Positions 60,761 to 64,000 of a DNA stretch of 64,000 bases are shown here, piece after piece. A program made the position numbers and the translations under genes. Every line of letters begins with the position of its first letter. The first letter of the stretch is position 1. The notes under the pieces are model-generated. The model saw nothing but the letters and a program-made list of their open reading frames with translations. It did not search any database and was not told where the DNA came from. The stretch comes from Octopus vulgaris (Eukaryota). The stretch lies in assembly GCA_951406725.2 (NCBI GenBank), contig OX597829.1, forward strand, positions 57,846,001-57,910,000, written 5' to 3'.

Positions 60761-62798
60761 TATTTCATAGAAATTTGCCATAAAGGCATTACACAGAGTA
60801 GCTTGCGGGCTAGACATAAACATTAATGAAGCGGATGATTATGATGAAAAATTATAAAGATGGTAGAAGGCAGAAGGCGCCCCACCCCCACCCTCTGCTT
60901 CTCTATAACATTATTTTTTTCCCCAAAAATGCATAAACTGAGGTAATGACCCTCTTACAAAAAATACAATTTCTTGGACCAAAAGTCCAAACAATCAAAA
61001 TACAGTCTATACACCAATTAGAGGCAATAAACTTCTACACTTCCTCCCCCAGCAAATCTCGTGCAACTTGCAGGCACTGTTTCCACCAAAATCGGGAGTT
61101 CCAATGGAGAATTCTGAAAATCTCGCCTCCACACAAGTCGATTATCATATTGCATTGTTTTCTTTCCAGCACCAGAGCAGCCACCTGCGAGGCCACTCTG
61201 AGCTGTCAATGCAATTTGGTTCCCTTAGAATCCAACTGTCCATCTTATTCTCGACAAAACTGTCGATAGCCCCTCCCTTGAGATAGCAGAACATACATTC
61301 CTCACTACCTTTACTAGGAGGGGCCTCAACTCCCTCACTTGGTAGCACACATCCCACCGGCGAGGTCATATCCCCCCCCCCCTCCGGTGGCACACATCCC
61401 ACCGAAGGGGCTTTGGGACATGCCATCACCGGCAATACCCCATTCTTCCTTTTCTTTTTCTTCTTTCCCTTTTACGACGGGAGGGTGGAGTTCCTCTGGC
61501 ATCTCCAGAGAACCCTACCTCGCCCCTGCTGTCTCAGGATCCATGGGTGGGCAACCATTGTTGTCCCCCTTTTTCCTCTTCTTCCACTTTTTTGAGGAGG
61601 TTACCTCCTCCTCAACTTTTTCCTCCACTGGGGGAACAGGGGACACCTCTTCAATTAACTGCTCCAGGACCCTTGCCTGGTCCCGGCGACAGTTTTTCTT
61701 GATATGACCCGATTCCAGGCACGGGTGACACTTGTGGGGGCGTCCCTCAACCATCACTGTGTACCTGGAATCGGACATTGTCAAAAAATCTGGTAAAACC
61801 AGATCTTTGGCTGATTTGGTCCATAGGCTCAAAATTGCTTTCAACCCCACCCAGTCAGCCACAGGAAGCATTCTGACATTTAAGAGCTTGGCTCCGCTGC
61901 CACCCAGACCCCGGCGGATAGTATCCTCTATCTACTCTGGCTCAATTCCGGGTGGCAGCCCACACACCCACGCTCTCGTCAATTTTCGCCCACCGTATGT
62001 GGGGAGAAACAAAATCTTCTCCCCTTCGACTGGTTGGCACGCAAACCCTTCTGCCTCCGTTGGGGTGTCAAAAAGAACACACACAGTTCTGTACTTTGCA
62101 CCCCTACAAATAAATCGAAAAGTTGGCAGGTACTTTGCCAACTCTTCCTTAATGTCAGACTGAGAGAACTCAGCGATGGCTTCAAGGACCCTAGAGTAGG
62201 TCCTTAACACCACCGTTCTCTCAGTATAATTTTTGAGCCAATCTTTGGGGGTCATAATTCGCCAGTCCAAAGCGGTATTTTTTGTTTCCATTTTTTTTCC
62301 AAAACTAAAATAAAAATAAAAGTGTTCAAATAAAAAGTCAATAATATAACACAAAGAAAGAATGGAAAGACAGACGTGAGAAAAAGGAATGAAGGAAAAT
62401 AGTTCAACTGGCAACAAAATTCTGCTACTTAGGTAATCCACAAGTCACAGCACAAAAATTGAATTCTCTACCGACCTCACACTCCTTGCCTGAATGGTAA
62501 ATCCAAAGGTACAGGCACGAACACAGCAAAAAACAGACAAAAATTTTTTCCAAAAACACTATTCTCAATGCAAAATGAGTCTCTTCGCAGAACCACAGGT
62601 AGGCAAATGTCTGAAACAGAGTGGAGTCTATTGCTCAACAAAAATTATTAATTACAGAGCAACAAACTCCACTTAGTCCCCCCCCCCCACCCAAATAAAA
62701 CAAACGCCTACTTGTAGTCGTGCTTCAAATGTTCAATTTTCACGTCGCAAGACATGACTTCCAAGCAGCATGAAAAATGTGAACTCTTCTGTCAGTGA
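60761..62798 (-). mobile_element. ORF1-only Tx1-type non-autonomous retroelement E2, with 16-bp TSD
   Basis: ORF1 VLRTYSR..RGAKYRTV..FLPTYGGRKLTRAWVC..CHPCLESGHIKKNC, no ORF2. TSD at 60745-60760 and 62799-62814, after which the SINE resumes. Confidence 0.88.
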
Positions 62799-62859
62799 GG
62801 TAAGCAAGCTACTTACCAGACACCCACTCCTGTGCCTATATATATATATATATATATAT

Positions 62860-63025
62860 ACGACGGGTTTCTTTCAGTTTCCGTCTACCAAATCCACTCA
62901 CAAGGCTTTGGTCAGCCCAAGGCTATAGTAGAAGACACTTGCCCAAGGTGCCACGCAGTGGGACTGAACCCGGAACCATGTGGTTGGTACACAAGCTACT
63001 AACCACACAGCCACTCCTGTGCCTG
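62860..63025 (-). mobile_element. SINE-A 5' half (another copy at 63800-63965)
   Basis: Family alignment. Confidence 0.85.
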
Positions 63026-63641
63026 TCTATTTGCTTCTTCAACACTCTCACTTTCTCTCTCTCTCTTCTCCTCCCCCTCCTTAATTCTTTTGTTCCTCTT
63101 TTTCTCTCTCTTCTCTTCTCACGTGACCAAGAGGCCAGACTGCTAATCCTCTTTTTGCATCTGACTGTGGTCACTGCTACATCGATATTCTTTCCTGTGC
63201 TTGTGAAAGTTTTGTATCTCTGCCATAAAACTTCATTTCCACACACGCAAGCTGAATTCAATTCGTCCCCAGTCGAAAGACGCCTGTTGTTATGTCCTGT
63301 TATTATTATTATTTTTATTGTATTTTTGTATGTATATTTGTGTAACATCGTCCATTTTTCCGTCCTTGTTTTTGTATACATTCAACACTTTTTTCCAAGG
63401 AATCTAATGCTCTTAGCTTAGTTTTTCCTTGGGGCCGGCCAGATTGGAGCAATCTCAAGATTAATCAACTGAAATTGCGAGGATGATCAGGTTCTTGACT
63501 GAGGATAAAAGGCTTCAAATGATCCGTCCCTGTTTTTGTATTGTCTATCCGGATGTTTTGTTGTCCTTTTTTGTACCATCTAGTTCTCCGGATGCTTTGC
63601 ATTTTTGTCCCATTTTGTATGTTATATATATATATATATAC

Positions 63642-63807
<166 letters not shown>

Positions 63808-64000
63808 GCTTCTTTCAGTTTCTGTCTACCAAATCCACTCACAAGGCTTTGGTTGGCCCGAGGCTATAGTAGAAGACACTCACCTAAGGTGCTGCACAGT
63901 GGGACTGAACCCAGAACCATGTGGTTGGTAATCAAGCTACTTACCACACAGCCACTCCTGCGCCTCCGACAATCTTTCCCGCCAACTTCCAGCAATCTCT

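Noticed and set aside
63380-63620. Possible hammerhead (CTGAGGA, CTGAAA) in a TA-adjacent repeat
   Set aside because: Could not build consistent stems I-III by eye.

Overview
Eukaryotic, AT-rich, almost entirely repeat-derived DNA. The SINE families and microsatellite load suggest an octopus (coleoid cephalopod) genome, which is inference. Most ORFs in the track are microsatellite artefacts. Recognisable content: R4/Dong-like RLE retrotransposon pieces in (TAA)n; four Tx1-clade LINE copies, three bounded by (GATA)n; three ORF1-only (gag-like) Tx1-type elements inserted at defined sites in other repeats; Penelope-like (GIY-YIG) remnants; mariner/Tc1 remnants; RTE 3' fragments; a non-autonomous Helitron; many tRNA-derived SINEs; a 200-bp satellite; and one plausible host coding exon. 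Two things stand out. (1) At least six short non-coding families, mostly in (TA)n tracts, each carry a minimal type I hammerhead ribozyme and occur as circularly permuted, tandem and fold-back copies, with compensatory variants of the catalytic 3-8 pair. This looks like a Penelope-dependent retrozyme-like system. (2) Non-autonomous ORF1-only Tx1-like elements insert site-specifically into the SINE tRNA head and into one of the ribozyme elements. All alignments and folds were done by eye.
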